NCBI GenBank assembly: GCA_032161105.1
Contig: JAVHTD010000009.1
Length of the DNA: 64,000 nt
Strand: one strand, 5' to 3'
DNA from: Candidatus Thermosaccharophagus tengchongensis
Lineage (GTDB): Bacteria > Armatimonadota > Fervidibacteria > Fervidibacterales > Thermosaccharophagaceae
Part shown: in pieces, positions 39,118-49,833 of the stretch
Layout of the letters: every line of letters starts with the position of its first letter
Position numbering within the stretch: the first letter of the stretch is position 1
Notes under the pieces: model-generated
Seen by the model: the letters and a program-made list of their open reading frames with translations, nothing else
Told to the model about the DNA's origin: nothing
Databases searched by the model: none
Made by a program: the position numbers and the translations under genes

Positions 39118-40653
39118 TCACTTCGGCACAGTTATTCCGACCAAATCAATGACCAATCTAACTTCGCGCCTCGCCAACCTGTAAGTTAGCCCCCATTCAA
39201 TGCAGTGAGCGCGATATACTACGCCGACGCTCCAATCTCGCATCTTCCATTGCGAGGGATCGTAGCGCAGGTCATAAGTTAGCTTCCAGCGGTCGCGTGT
39301 GAGCCATACATGCCCTCTCATTCTGCACTCGGTTCGTATGTCAACATCATCAAATTCAAACGGTGTCCTGCCGGATTGAATGTGATGCAAAACCATTATG
39401 GAGCTGTCTATGCGGCGTCCAACTCGCCCCCTCAAACCCATCAACAAGCGGGCAAGCTTAAACTCGTCATCCCTGTAAAGCGAGTAGCGCAGTAGCAAAT
39501 CAAAGTTCCATCGCCAATATCCGTCGTTGCGCGGGATGTTTCTCAGACCAAGCTGAATGTTCACCCTCGGTGAGGATACGCGCTTTACATACCTTTCGGT
39601 ATACCGCCCCCAAGAGATGTCGCCGTAAAGTGAAAAGCCGCCGCGTGGAATATCGTATGCACCATTGATACCGACTTCCGGGACAGCATCCAAAAACAAT
39701 CTCCTTGCAAGCTCATCTGACATTGTGTCCTTGTGTGCCATCCCCACACGCGCTTCGCCATGTCCCCACGACCTTAGAAGCGAGATCTTGCCACGCCATG
39801 TTTCCTTTGCCGATAGCCCAATTGTGCCCGAGAGCATTAAGGGGTGTTGACTGACTGAGCCCCCAAGTTGGCGTGAGTAATTGAACCCAGCGTAAACGCC
39901 ATCTGCTGAGTTGATGTGGGCTATGAAGGGAAATTCACCACCGCCACCATCACCAATTCTCAAGCGATACCTCGGCAGCGTTGGCAAATGCAGCCCGTAT
40001 ATTCGCCCACTCAAGCCATCCAAAATAACTTGCCCTCCGGGAACAACCTGAATTCGTTTGGCAGTTAGCTCAAAGTGTGGATGAGCTCGGTTGCAAGTTG
40101 TGACTTTGCTATCCTCAAGGACGATGCTATCACCTAACATGCTTGCCTTGTAAGCCGCAAAGTTAAAAGCGCCATATGAAGCTTTAACAGATGCGAGGCT
40201 TCCACGGCGGTCATTCAAGTTGTAGCTAAGGGACTCACTTACAAGCGTTAACTCGTCCCCCATCAGCAGTGTCGCTCCATCCTGAGCCACCACACAGCTG
40301 CTTTTCACATCATACTGCACCTGGTTGGCGCGCAGCAAAAATTTGTCATACTTCAGCTCCACATCGCCGACAGCGCTAATGGAACCAGATTTTGGCTCCC
40401 AGTGGATATGCCATGCGCGCAGAGTTGCTGCTTGGATAGCTGTGGTTTGGATTGTGTCCTTTAAGTCGCTGCTCATGCTGGTTGCGGGCAGGCTTGACTT
40501 AGGGGACGCTTCATTAAGCGCATCAACACTTTGCGCATCTTTAATGGGCTCTTCGGTGAGAGCCAAGCAAAAAGTTAGTGAAACTGTGGGCACCAAGAGG
40601 GTTAAAACGATAAAGTGAGCGAGTTTCATTGGATGCGTCATTGTGCCATTCAT
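39118..40653 (-). CDS. LptD/OstA-like outer-membrane assembly protein
   Basis: Signal peptide, beta-jellyroll-like N-region, 'VTTC...PHFEL.AK', C-terminal 'TPFEFD' and 'HCIEW' barrel strands. Confidence 0.65.
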   Translation of the reverse strand: MNGTMTHPMKLAHFIVLTLLVPTVSLTFCLALTEEPIKDAQSVDALNEASPKSSLPATSMSSDLKDTIQTTAIQAATLRAWHIHWEPKSGSISAVGDVELKYDKFLLRANQVQYDVKSSCVVAQDGATLLMGDELTLVSESLSYNLNDRRGSLASVKASYGAFNFAAYKASMLGDSIVLEDSKVTTCNRAHPHFELTAKRIQVVPGGQVILDGLSGRIYGLHLPTLPRYRLRIGDGGGGEFPFIAHINSADGVYAGFNYSRQLGGSVSQHPLMLSGTIGLSAKETWRGKISLLRSWGHGEARVGMAHKDTMSDELARRLFLDAVPEVGINGAYDIPRGGFSLYGDISWGRYTERYVKRVSSPRVNIQLGLRNIPRNDGYWRWNFDLLLRYSLYRDDEFKLARLLMGLRGRVGRRIDSSIMVLHHIQSGRTPFEFDDVDIRTECRMRGHVWLTRDRWKLTYDLRYDPSQWKMRDWSVGVVYRAHCIEWGLTYRLARREVRLVIDLVGITVPK

Positions 40654-40681
40654 TCTTTGTCAGCGGCGGTGAACCGGTGCC

Positions 40682-42070
40682 TCAAAAGCGAAGTTGCACC
40701 TGCAATCTTGCCGTCTCCTCTTGAGAGTCCCTCTGCTTGCTCTCATAATCTGTGATTTGGTAGAGGAGGCGCAACTCGGCTTGCGGTGATATCATGTAAC
40801 TGACCCCTAAGACAGCCCCGGTTGAAATTGCATCAGCGTTAAATGGAGCTATCGCCCGCCGCAAACCGAAAGTGAGCGTCCATCTCTTACCCCACAGATA
40901 ATCAACTTGCCCCATATGCACCCTATAAGCTCTTCCATCCTCCCCAACGCTTGAGAGCAACTGCAAGCGATACCTCGCAAGCAGCCTTTCCGATGGATGC
41001 CACGCAAAGCCAAAAGCCACACCGTGTAAAGCATCGCCTGTTCTCCACATAGATTCAAGGTCGGAAAAAGCCCCGCCCTCACCGAAGCGCGTGTAAAGCG
41101 CAAATGCGCTTAGCCTGTCACCCTTATACTGCCCGCCCACCTCCACGCTGCTGTAACGGAGCAGGTCTGATATCCTCATGCTCTTACTCCATGCGGGCAA
41201 GCGCTGTGTATACCCGCCAAGCAACCTCCATTGTTCCCCAAACGGTATAGCGACTTGAGCGCTAAATACTCGGTCGGCAGTATATGGCGGGGTGGATTGC
41301 AAACGCCAGTTTGATATCCTCAGCGACATGGAAGGCAACACAATTGTGGTTGTCGTATCGTTCAATAACACTTTGCTCTCGCCCAACCAGTAAGCAATCA
41401 CGACATCGTGAGCCGATTCAAAGGCATCCTCAAGCCGATCCAGCGTGGAAGGCGCAAAGCCAGCCTTAGCGGTGTCCTGACGAGCGGATGACAGGGTGGC
41501 GTTGCTGTGCTGGCTTTTCTTCAGGGGCATGCTTGTGGACTCCGCAATGCTTGGTTGTTGTGTTCCCAAACGGGGCTTGCTCGGGAATGCTTTCATCGTT
41601 GACTCAAACAAATCCACAATGTGAAGTAAATGCTTGGCATCCTCTTCCAGCGACAGAGTATTGATGTCATTGGCGAAGTAGTTGATCAGCGCCCTCAGGA
41701 GGGCGGCAATACGCTCCACATCGCCCACTGTCATCGCCGGTAAGCTAACGGCTTCACATATCTCCTCAAGCGATGGATTAGTAAGCGATGGTTTCTTTTC
41801 CTTCACTCGTTCAAGCACCAAGCGGAGCGCATCAACTGCTGACATGATGTCCCTAACGAACTGCAGCCTGCTGAGCGGTTGCGGCTTTGCATACTCGCTA
41901 AATGGGATGCCCCAAGTGAGCTTTACACTCCCAAGCTCTTGCATCCATGTATATGGAGGCTCGCTGCGTTCCACCTCATCATACCAACTCGTGTATCCGA
42001 ATGCAATGCTCCCGCCCATGAGAATGGCGCATAGGGCGATAATTGCCTTTCCTCCACAACGCCGCTTCAT
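40682..42070 (-). CDS. Putative outer-membrane beta-barrel with N-terminal SLH-like/helical region
   Basis: Signal peptide, amphipathic strands in the C-terminal half, terminal 'LQVQLRF'. Confidence 0.55.
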   Translation of the reverse strand: MKRRCGGKAIIALCAILMGGSIAFGYTSWYDEVERSEPPYTWMQELGSVKLTWGIPFSEYAKPQPLSRLQFVRDIMSAVDALRLVLERVKEKKPSLTNPSLEEICEAVSLPAMTVGDVERIAALLRALINYFANDINTLSLEEDAKHLLHIVDLFESTMKAFPSKPRLGTQQPSIAESTSMPLKKSQHSNATLSSARQDTAKAGFAPSTLDRLEDAFESAHDVVIAYWLGESKVLLNDTTTTIVLPSMSLRISNWRLQSTPPYTADRVFSAQVAIPFGEQWRLLGGYTQRLPAWSKSMRISDLLRYSSVEVGGQYKGDRLSAFALYTRFGEGGAFSDLESMWRTGDALHGVAFGFAWHPSERLLARYRLQLLSSVGEDGRAYRVHMGQVDYLWGKRWTLTFGLRRAIAPFNADAISTGAVLGVSYMISPQAELRLLYQITDYESKQRDSQEETARLQVQLRF

Positions 42071-42299
42071 CTCCTTCGCCTCCGAGGGATTGGTTGCAAT
42101 TTAAGTATAGCGCATAAGCAAAATTGCTGTTGCCACAACACCGCTCCCCCAATTCACGGTTCCGTAACCGCATATGTCACCATGAAGATGTGCTGAGTCA
42201 TCATCCTTAAGTGATGTCATTGCGCAGGCTTTGCAACCCCACTCAATGTGAGTGTGTCATGAGCCGACGAGAGATTTCAAACCAGCATAATGCCTCAAG

Positions 42300-44171
42300 T
42301 TGGTGAGCGCCATGATTGCGAAAGCCGTAACGGAGTATAATGGGCAGCTTGAACATTCGTTTTGGCTCAACGGCGCTCAATCACGCATATATGTGACTGC
42401 GCATGTGCCGGCTGAGTTGCATCTGCGCGGTGCAGTCATCCTATGCCATGCCTTCGCCGAGGAGCATAAGGCATCCTACCGAACTTTGGTGGCACTCGCA
42501 AGGGAGCTTGCAAGGGTTGGTTTTGTCACCATAAGATTTGATCATCGTGGCTACGGTGACAGCTCCGGAGAATTTGAGCGCTTCACAGTGAGCCATTGGA
42601 TTGAGGATATTAAATTGCTTGCCAAGCTTGTCAGGGAGCGTTTGCCCGATGTGCCGTTGGTCATCGGTGGGCTGCGCCTTGGGGCAACACTCGCTGCACT
42701 TTCATCCAACGACCTCTGCGCCAACGGGTTAATACTTTGGCAGCCAATTGTGAGCGGCGAAAGGTTTGTGCAATTAAACATGGCGAGGATGAAAATTCAG
42801 CGCCAATTGATAGCTTATGAAAGTGGTGAGGCAGATAGCGCCGCCGGGATACAACTGGCGCCACATGATGTTGAGGACAGCATTGGGCAAGCCGCCGATG
42901 AAGAAATCTTCACCGACTTCAACGGTTACATAATCACCAAAAGGTTGCACGGTGAACTGTGCTCAATTGACCTCACCGAGATCAAACTGCCGGGTGAGGC
43001 AAATTGCCTGCTGGTGCAAATCTCCGGGAGCGCGAAGCTGAGCGGTGAGTTGGCGAAGTTTGAAAAGCATCTCCATTCATCGGGGCACCGATACAGTGTC
43101 CTCACCATACGGGAGCAACCCATCTGGAGCTTGCTCGGGTTGGTTGAAGCGAAGGAGCTCGTCAACGAGACAGTCAAGTGGGCATTGGATTCGTTTCCCG
43201 AGAGACGCAAGCTTGACTTGCACGCACAAGGGCTATTTTCGGACATGCCTGCATCCACAGATGGTGAGAGCATCATTGTGATTGGCACTCCAAGGGGCTG
43301 GTTAAAGGGCATACTCGGCATCCCGAAGGGGCACTCTGACACCGCTGTCCTTTTCCTTCACGGATGGTCTGGCAACCGCTCCGGACCGCATCACATGTTT
43401 GTGAAACTCGCCCGCTTGCTCACAAACGACGGGCTTGTCAACCTCCGGTTTGACTTCTACGGGCGCGGTGAGAGCAGCGGCGAGTTGTTTGATGGCACGC
43501 TGCTCACCATGATTGAGGATGCAATCTGCGCCATTGAGTGGCTCTCCGATAATCTTGGCGTAAGAAGGTGCATCACCATTGGCATATGCTCCGGTGGCGA
43601 AGTCGCTGTCGGGTGTGCCACTCACCCGAAGGTTCATGGGTGCGTTCTTTGGTCCGCACCGATATTTGCCGGGCTTCAAGCGCGCCAAAGGGAGAGGCGA
43701 AAGCGATGGAGTTACTTCGTTGAATACCTGCGGAAGATGTTTCGCCCGACAACTTGGAGAAAGCTTTTCAGCGGGCAAGTCCAATTCGGCATAATAATGC
43801 GCGTGCTCTTCGGAAGGGTTGGAGATGCGCACAAGCCAAAGGGGAGTCCAAGCAGCACACCGTATGACGAAGCGCAGGCAAAAAGGTCTATTGATGCTGT
43901 GCCAACGGATGTGCTGAACCGAGAGAGGGCGCAGCTTGAGAGGTTGCTTGATGAATTTGAGAGGCACTACAGGAAGCCAACTCTGATGGTCTACGGCACG
44001 GGTGACCCGGAGGCAAAGCCAGCAATAGCATGGTATGGGCGCATACTTGACAGGAGCAGGGCTCCATACACGGTTCATCTTGTGCGCGGCGCAAACCACA
44101 GCTTCTACTCCCTTGTCTGGGAACGAGAGGTGCTCAATGTCACAAGGCAGTGGCTATCCTCAAAGGCTTAA
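42300..44171 (+). CDS. Tandem alpha/beta-hydrolase fusion (exosortase-associated hydrolase 2-like plus hydrolase 1-like)
   Basis: Domain 1: FAEE, GYGDSSG, GLRLGA, LWQP. Domain 2: RSGPH, GRGESSG, GICSGG, GANHSF. Confidence 0.7.
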   Translation: MVSAMIAKAVTEYNGQLEHSFWLNGAQSRIYVTAHVPAELHLRGAVILCHAFAEEHKASYRTLVALARELARVGFVTIRFDHRGYGDSSGEFERFTVSHWIEDIKLLAKLVRERLPDVPLVIGGLRLGATLAALSSNDLCANGLILWQPIVSGERFVQLNMARMKIQRQLIAYESGEADSAAGIQLAPHDVEDSIGQAADEEIFTDFNGYIITKRLHGELCSIDLTEIKLPGEANCLLVQISGSAKLSGELAKFEKHLHSSGHRYSVLTIREQPIWSLLGLVEAKELVNETVKWALDSFPERRKLDLHAQGLFSDMPASTDGESIIVIGTPRGWLKGILGIPKGHSDTAVLFLHGWSGNRSGPHHMFVKLARLLTNDGLVNLRFDFYGRGESSGELFDGTLLTMIEDAICAIEWLSDNLGVRRCITIGICSGGEVAVGCATHPKVHGCVLWSAPIFAGLQARQRERRKRWSYFVEYLRKMFRPTTWRKLFSGQVQFGIIMRVLFGRVGDAHKPKGSPSSTPYDEAQAKRSIDAVPTDVLNRERAQLERLLDEFERHYRKPTLMVYGTGDPEAKPAIAWYGRILDRSRAPYTVHLVRGANHSFYSLVWEREVLNVTRQWLSSKA

Positions 44172-45366
44172 AGTTTTATTCGCCAATCACACGGGCAAAG
44201 TTGGTGGTGCCGAAGTAAGCTTGCTGACATTGCTTGAGGTGCTTGCCTCCTCGCATGGCGATAAAGTTGAGCTTATCATTGCAGCGCCAGATGACGGTAA
44301 CCTGCTTGAGCGCGCCAAAGCCATCGGCGTGCACGCAATCAGCACAGGGCGAATAAGGCGTCTTCGGCGTCCAAAGAGCGCTTCGGAGTTTATAACGGTA
44401 GCAATGGCGCTCACGCGTGGCATCGCAGATGCCATCCAAACATTGCGCATAGCATCGCCGCACATCGTCTATTGCAATAGCCTTCAGTCGGCGCTGTATT
44501 TTGCCCTCCCGGCGGCGCTTAAGCGAATGCCGATAATTTGGCACTGCCGTGATTTGCTCATGCCTCACTCAATCGCAAAGCTTGTGGGAATGCTAAGCAG
44601 TGCCGTCATTGCGATATCAAACTCGGTCGCAAAAGCCCTCTTTGAGCACGGCGTGCCGAGGGGCAAGGTCAGGGTCATTTACAATGCCGTCAATGCGGCA
44701 CAGTTTGAGCACCCGTGTGAGAGTGCCGTAAGGGAATTCCGAAAGCGATGTGGTGTCCCAAATGGATGTCTGTTAGTCGGCATGGTGGCGCACATCGTCC
44801 CGTGGAAACGACACGACATCTTCGTCAGAATGGCGAGCATGATTTCAAGGCACTATCGTGATGTGCGGTTCGTCATCGTCGGCGGTGACATATTCGGTGA
44901 GCATGAGCAATGGCTAAAGCAACTGATGCAACTTAGTAGCGAACTGTCGCTCAATGACAAGTTGGCATTCGTTGGTGCGCAGACGGACATGGCTACAGTG
45001 ATGAACGCAATTGACATTCTCGTCCATCCATCACCAATGGAGCCATTTGGCAGGGCGATCATTGAGGCGATGGCTGCGGGGAAGGCTGTTATCGCTGTCA
45101 ATTCGTTCGGGCCGGCGGAAGTTATTTCGGACGGTGAGAATGGGCTTTTGGTCCCGACGGCGACACCGGAAGCATTCGCGCATGCTGTGACCAGACTGAT
45201 TGAGGATGAAGCGCTCAGAGAGCGCATAGGGAGAGCAGCACGCAAATTCGTCATAGAGCGCTTCTCGCCGCAGCTTCATGCCGAAGCGATTTTGCGCCTA
45301 TGGTTTGAATTGCTCGGCATGAAGGCGTCGCAAGCGAACGGCAGCCGCGAACAACACCAGACATGA
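44137..45366 (+). CDS. Glycosyltransferase family 4 protein
   Basis: GGAE, WHCRD, IYNAV, EPFGRAIIEAMAAG. Confidence 0.9.
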   Translation: MSQGSGYPQRLKVLFANHTGKVGGAEVSLLTLLEVLASSHGDKVELIIAAPDDGNLLERAKAIGVHAISTGRIRRLRRPKSASEFITVAMALTRGIADAIQTLRIASPHIVYCNSLQSALYFALPAALKRMPIIWHCRDLLMPHSIAKLVGMLSSAVIAISNSVAKALFEHGVPRGKVRVIYNAVNAAQFEHPCESAVREFRKRCGVPNGCLLVGMVAHIVPWKRHDIFVRMASMISRHYRDVRFVIVGGDIFGEHEQWLKQLMQLSSELSLNDKLAFVGAQTDMATVMNAIDILVHPSPMEPFGRAIIEAMAAGKAVIAVNSFGPAEVISDGENGLLVPTATPEAFAHAVTRLIEDEALRERIGRAARKFVIERFSPQLHAEAILRLWFELLGMKASQANGSREQHQT

Positions 45367-45456
45367 ACTCTTGATGACATACTGTCTCCGTGGGCATCAG
45401 TGTGCCGTTTTTGGCTGCGGGAATTAACCGCTCTCAAGTGGTTGGGGTGATGCGGT

Positions 45457-46041
45457 GTGCGCCTAAAGTTGACCAAGAGAGATGCGCTAATAATCGTTGA
45501 TGTTCAGCGCGACTTTTGTCCCGGCGGAGCTTTGGCTGTCCCTAACGGCGATGCAGTTGTTGAGCCGCTAAACCGCTACATTGGTCCCTTCAAATCCAAC
45601 GGGCTGCCGATAATAGCCACGCGGGATTGGCACCCGCCAAACCACATCTCATTTCGCGAGCGCGGCGGTCCGTGGCCACCACACTGTGTTCAAGGCACAC
45701 CGGGTGCCGAGTTCCATCCCACTTTGGAACTGCCAGAAGATGCCATCATCATCTCAAAGGCGACCGACCCGGATAGCGAGGCTTACTCCGGATTTGCGGG
45801 CACAGGACTTGAAACGCTCCTGAGGGAGAGGGGTATCACACGCGTGTTCGTTGGGGGGCTTGCCACGGACTATTGTGTCAAGATGACAGTGCTTGATGCG
45901 CTCGCTTTCGGCTTCACGACATTCCTGCTTGAGGATGCCATTAGGGGCGTTGATGTTAACCCGGGTGATAGCGAACGAGCTGTTGATGAAATGCTCTCAA
46001 ACGGCGCAATCGCTATAACCATCGGTGACTTGGGGCTTTAA
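45457..46041 (+). CDS. pncA: Nicotinamidase/pyrazinamidase
   Basis: DVQRDFCPGGAL, DWHP..H, WPPHC, GLATDYCV. Confidence 0.92.
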   Translation: MRLKLTKRDALIIVDVQRDFCPGGALAVPNGDAVVEPLNRYIGPFKSNGLPIIATRDWHPPNHISFRERGGPWPPHCVQGTPGAEFHPTLELPEDAIIISKATDPDSEAYSGFAGTGLETLLRERGITRVFVGGLATDYCVKMTVLDALAFGFTTFLLEDAIRGVDVNPGDSERAVDEMLSNGAIAITIGDLGL

Positions 46042-46064
46042 AGTCTCACGCCGTGCTTGGGCAC

Positions 46065-48848
46065 CTATTGCATCTTGATGAAACGCTCTCGCTTAACTTC
46101 AATCACTTTCCCTCGCCACATCAATCTTGCGTCACCAAAGCCATGGTATATTCGCACAGCCGTTGAATGCTCAAGTGGCTTTCCATCAAGGCTTCGTATC
46201 GTGAACAGCGGCGCATCAGCATAATTTAAACCATTGAAACTCGCGGCATGAAAGGCAACGAATGTTGGCGCATCAGCTATGAAGCCGTATGGTGGGAGCA
46301 CAATTTCGCCGAAGCGCTTTGACTCCAACTTATAGTTCTTGGAACCCAAGTTAACGACTATACTCACCCGCCCATCGCCGAAGGTTGATTGGCGCACCAT
46401 CAAATCCGGCGTTAAGAAGCGATACGCACTCATGAGCATCTGCGCTGTAATTTCGTTGAGCGGTGAGAGCACCTCATGCGTGTTTTTCATGAAGCGGTCA
46501 AGCGGATGCATGCCTTCAGCCCAACCGTTGTCGGCACGCGCAAAAACAGCTGTGTCCATAACAGTCTCATCGGTCGGCGTGAGCGGTTCAAATTCAACCC
46601 CGTCGGCTTTGATGTGGACTCTGCCAACTATGTATCGCCTTTGCCCATCGTCAATTCCGATAAGCCTTGCACGCTCACCTTGCGGTGGTCTATACAATCC
46701 CATGCGCACATCAAATGTCCCAATCAGCCCCTCGGGTATGCGCACCGTAAGCGGACCTATAGTGACTTTTGGTGGTTGCCACTTGCTTGTTGGCGGTGCG
46801 GGATCGTGGTCGTTCTGGAACTTAATGTTCCCAGACGCGTCGGTGAAGTGGACAAAGACGCGCCAATCCTCACTCACCGGCTTTCTGACGAGCCACCGGT
46901 ATGAGATGCGGAATTGCCTCTCATCAATTCGCTCAACGCCAATCACAGATGGCTGTGCCTCAACCATCAACTCGCGCCACCCCTCACGCCAATACAACCC
47001 CGAAGGGACACTGTGATAATTCAATGGACGCCCTATGAGGATGTGATGAAGCACATATTCGGCTGCATTGAATATGTCGTAGCCATACTTGCCATACACT
47101 TGGATGCAGTCTCGGTAAACCATTTCAAAGATCGGCACAACGGTAGCTCCGAGCTTCTTGAGCAGGTTGGCATCGTGATAGTATGTTCCGCTCACGCCGC
47201 TTAACCCCTCAAAGAAGTCAGCCACCGGTATGCCCCATTCACGACCGCACTCAGAGCCGAAGATGCCAAAGAGCCCCCTTGCGTATCGGCATAACTCCTG
47301 CTTCCAGAACATGTCATCGGAGCGAGTGAGCCTGTGCTCCGGGTCATAGCACTCATACAGACCAGCTGCGAATGTCGTATCAATGAAGTAGGCATTGGGG
47401 GCAAAGAGCTCTTTAACGGCTGGCAAGTTTTGCGGGCGCTTCGCGAGTTCAATTGCTTTCCTTGAGCATGTGATGTATGCGCGCCCACCAAGCCACCTAC
47501 CACCTTTAACCAGACTGCCATCGCGAGCTTTCATGATGTATCTCTCATCCCAAGAGGGAGCATCGCGATACATGTCCTGATAGTTGTCGTGCAGGCAGAA
47601 CAAGTATCCGAGCCCTTTGACGCGCCTTGAGCATTCAGCCAACCCTTCATTGCCACCGCACTCAGGCGCTGCCGGCAATATGTCAGGGTGCTGATTGTCA
47701 TAACCGCGATGAATCCACCCGCCGAGGATGAAGAGCACCCTCTCCATGCCCATGTCGTTTTTGAGGTGCTCAGCAATTTGCGCGGCTTGCTCAAAAGTCC
47801 AATTGACCCTCACCCACTCCTCCTGCTTGCTCTCCTCATCCATTCGCCTTGCAAGGCATGTCCAAAGCTTGAAATTGGAAGCGCCAAACAACTTGCTCCG
47901 CTCCGGATTCTCCCTCAATTTCTCGTCCCATGTGACGAGCCATCCTTTTGACTTAGCCACAGTGCGGTAGGCTTTTGCTATGTTCACATAATCACCCTTG
48001 CCGAGTAGGCGTATGCTGAAGCGCCTCGCATCACCGGACAGCTCAAGCGTCGGGAGGAGAAGCTGTCCATATGGCTCAAGCTTGGTGTCACCGATAATGC
48101 TTCTTAGGCGCAATGTCACATATGGACTGTGCCATGTGACGAGCATTGCAGAGGCATCCTTGACAACGCCGAACATCTCCATGTGGCAACCCTCATACGA
48201 GAATGTCGTGAAGGCATGCTCAAATGAGATGCCGCTCTTGCCCGGTATGAGCATTCCGAGACGCACGGGGACGATGATATAGCCATCATCCGCATCGCCC
48301 ACGAAAAAGGAGCTGTCAAGCAGGCGCACGCTGCGAACCTGTGTGCCATCAGCCTCATATGAGACTTCAAGTTCCTCACCCTTTAATTCAAGCCGAATGA
48401 CAACGGATGGTTCCCCATCGCTGGGCAGATAGCGCAGCTCAATTGCATTTGCGCTGATGAGGCGCGAGGCAAACTTGTTTAACTCCACCCTTTTGTCCGT
48501 GCCCCCGATTGCAAATGTGGCTTCACCAAAGCGCGCCACATAAGGGTTACTAAACCACCTTACGCCGCTGCGCTTATCCACAACCTCATACGCCCCGGTG
48601 CGCCCGCAAATTCGCAGAGAAGCAAACTCAGATTGGAGCTCAATCGGCTCAACGATGCGCTTTGAGAGCACTTCCTGAGTGAGCCTCACCTGCCCTTCAA
48701 AGCTCATTGCCATCCCTCCCGTTACTCGTAACCACAGCAACACAGCACAAGGCAAAATCAATGCCAACAGTGTTTTCCATCGCAGCCAAGATGCAGCTTC
48801 GTGCTGCATAGTCAAGCACCCCATCTTGCCAGCAATTTGCGCCTCCAT
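46065..48848 (-). CDS. Secreted glycoside hydrolase, GH129/DUF5696-like
   Basis: 'GW...GYDNQHPD.LP...CGG.EG' and 'HDNYQDMY' motifs; signal/anchor; inserted Ig-like domain. Confidence 0.65.
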   Translation of the reverse strand: MEAQIAGKMGCLTMQHEAASWLRWKTLLALILPCAVLLWLRVTGGMAMSFEGQVRLTQEVLSKRIVEPIELQSEFASLRICGRTGAYEVVDKRSGVRWFSNPYVARFGEATFAIGGTDKRVELNKFASRLISANAIELRYLPSDGEPSVVIRLELKGEELEVSYEADGTQVRSVRLLDSSFFVGDADDGYIIVPVRLGMLIPGKSGISFEHAFTTFSYEGCHMEMFGVVKDASAMLVTWHSPYVTLRLRSIIGDTKLEPYGQLLLPTLELSGDARRFSIRLLGKGDYVNIAKAYRTVAKSKGWLVTWDEKLRENPERSKLFGASNFKLWTCLARRMDEESKQEEWVRVNWTFEQAAQIAEHLKNDMGMERVLFILGGWIHRGYDNQHPDILPAAPECGGNEGLAECSRRVKGLGYLFCLHDNYQDMYRDAPSWDERYIMKARDGSLVKGGRWLGGRAYITCSRKAIELAKRPQNLPAVKELFAPNAYFIDTTFAAGLYECYDPEHRLTRSDDMFWKQELCRYARGLFGIFGSECGREWGIPVADFFEGLSGVSGTYYHDANLLKKLGATVVPIFEMVYRDCIQVYGKYGYDIFNAAEYVLHHILIGRPLNYHSVPSGLYWREGWRELMVEAQPSVIGVERIDERQFRISYRWLVRKPVSEDWRVFVHFTDASGNIKFQNDHDPAPPTSKWQPPKVTIGPLTVRIPEGLIGTFDVRMGLYRPPQGERARLIGIDDGQRRYIVGRVHIKADGVEFEPLTPTDETVMDTAVFARADNGWAEGMHPLDRFMKNTHEVLSPLNEITAQMLMSAYRFLTPDLMVRQSTFGDGRVSIVVNLGSKNYKLESKRFGEIVLPPYGFIADAPTFVAFHAASFNGLNYADAPLFTIRSLDGKPLEHSTAVRIYHGFGDARLMWRGKVIEVKRERFIKMQ

Positions 48849-48881
48849 AATCCGTCACGCTGTTCGCCAACGCTCTCACCG

Positions 48882-49706
48882 CTAATCATCGCCATCGTGA
48901 AAGGCGCATTGCTCAATGTAATCCATAGCCTTTGGAAGCTCAACAAACGGGTCTCCGGGTATGTGACACTCAAATCCAAAGAAGCCATCGTAGCCGCTAC
49001 TCATTAACTCCTTCAGCGGGCGCGCAAACTTCGTATGTCCATATCCGGGCAACCATCTATTGCTGTCGGCAAGATGGACATGTTTTATGCGCGTGGCAGC
49101 CTCCTTGATTGACGATGCGATGTCAGCTTCCTCTATGTTCATGTGGAAGAAGTCCGCCAATATAGCCATTGCCTCATTTCCAACTCTTTCGCATATCGCT
49201 GAGGCTTCCTTCAGCGTCCTCGGATACCATTGCTCGTAGCGATTGAGCGGCTCAATCAGAAGGCTGCAATTTCGTTTTTGGGCGTGCTCTGAAAGCTCAC
49301 TCAGCATCTCAACCATGACTTCCATCTCAACCTGCTCCTGACTTTTCCATGGCGAGAGGTCTGGAATTCTCGGTCGCCCGCCAAGCTTGATCGGCAACAG
49401 CGTGACGACGATTATTCCCACACCGCCAAGCTCACCACACATGTCCAATGTTTCCTTGGCGCATCGCAAATAGCGCATGCGTTCTTCCTTCCGCGCATCA
49501 AGCAATGCGCCCTCCCTGACACTCCATATTGCTGGCACAACTCCGGTTTCCTCTGACGCCCTTCTCACATCATCAAAATGTTCGCGTGAAGCACTCGCCA
49601 CAAGCTCAATTCCGGCAATCTCCATGCTTGCGATGCTCTCAAATTTTTCAATGAGCGTTTTCCCGGGTGCCATGTATTCTCGGAGAGCGAATTTGAGCCT
49701 TCGCAT
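48882..49706 (-). CDS. Sugar phosphate isomerase/epimerase (xylose-isomerase-like TIM barrel)
   Basis: IEPLNRYE, DFFHMNIEE, HVHLADSNR..PG.G, FE. Confidence 0.9.
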   Translation of the reverse strand: MRRLKFALREYMAPGKTLIEKFESIASMEIAGIELVASASREHFDDVRRASEETGVVPAIWSVREGALLDARKEERMRYLRCAKETLDMCGELGGVGIIVVTLLPIKLGGRPRIPDLSPWKSQEQVEMEVMVEMLSELSEHAQKRNCSLLIEPLNRYEQWYPRTLKEASAICERVGNEAMAILADFFHMNIEEADIASSIKEAATRIKHVHLADSNRWLPGYGHTKFARPLKELMSSGYDGFFGFECHIPGDPFVELPKAMDYIEQCAFHDGDD

Positions 49707-49833
49707 CCCACTTGCACCTCCCCATCCAACCTCTCGTGTCCCACTTTCAAAGGACAAAAGCGCACGATGAGCATCCCTACACCGCTATGGGCATAGATTG
49801 CCTCGCCACTCAAAAGTTGCTCGGCAGGTTTTA

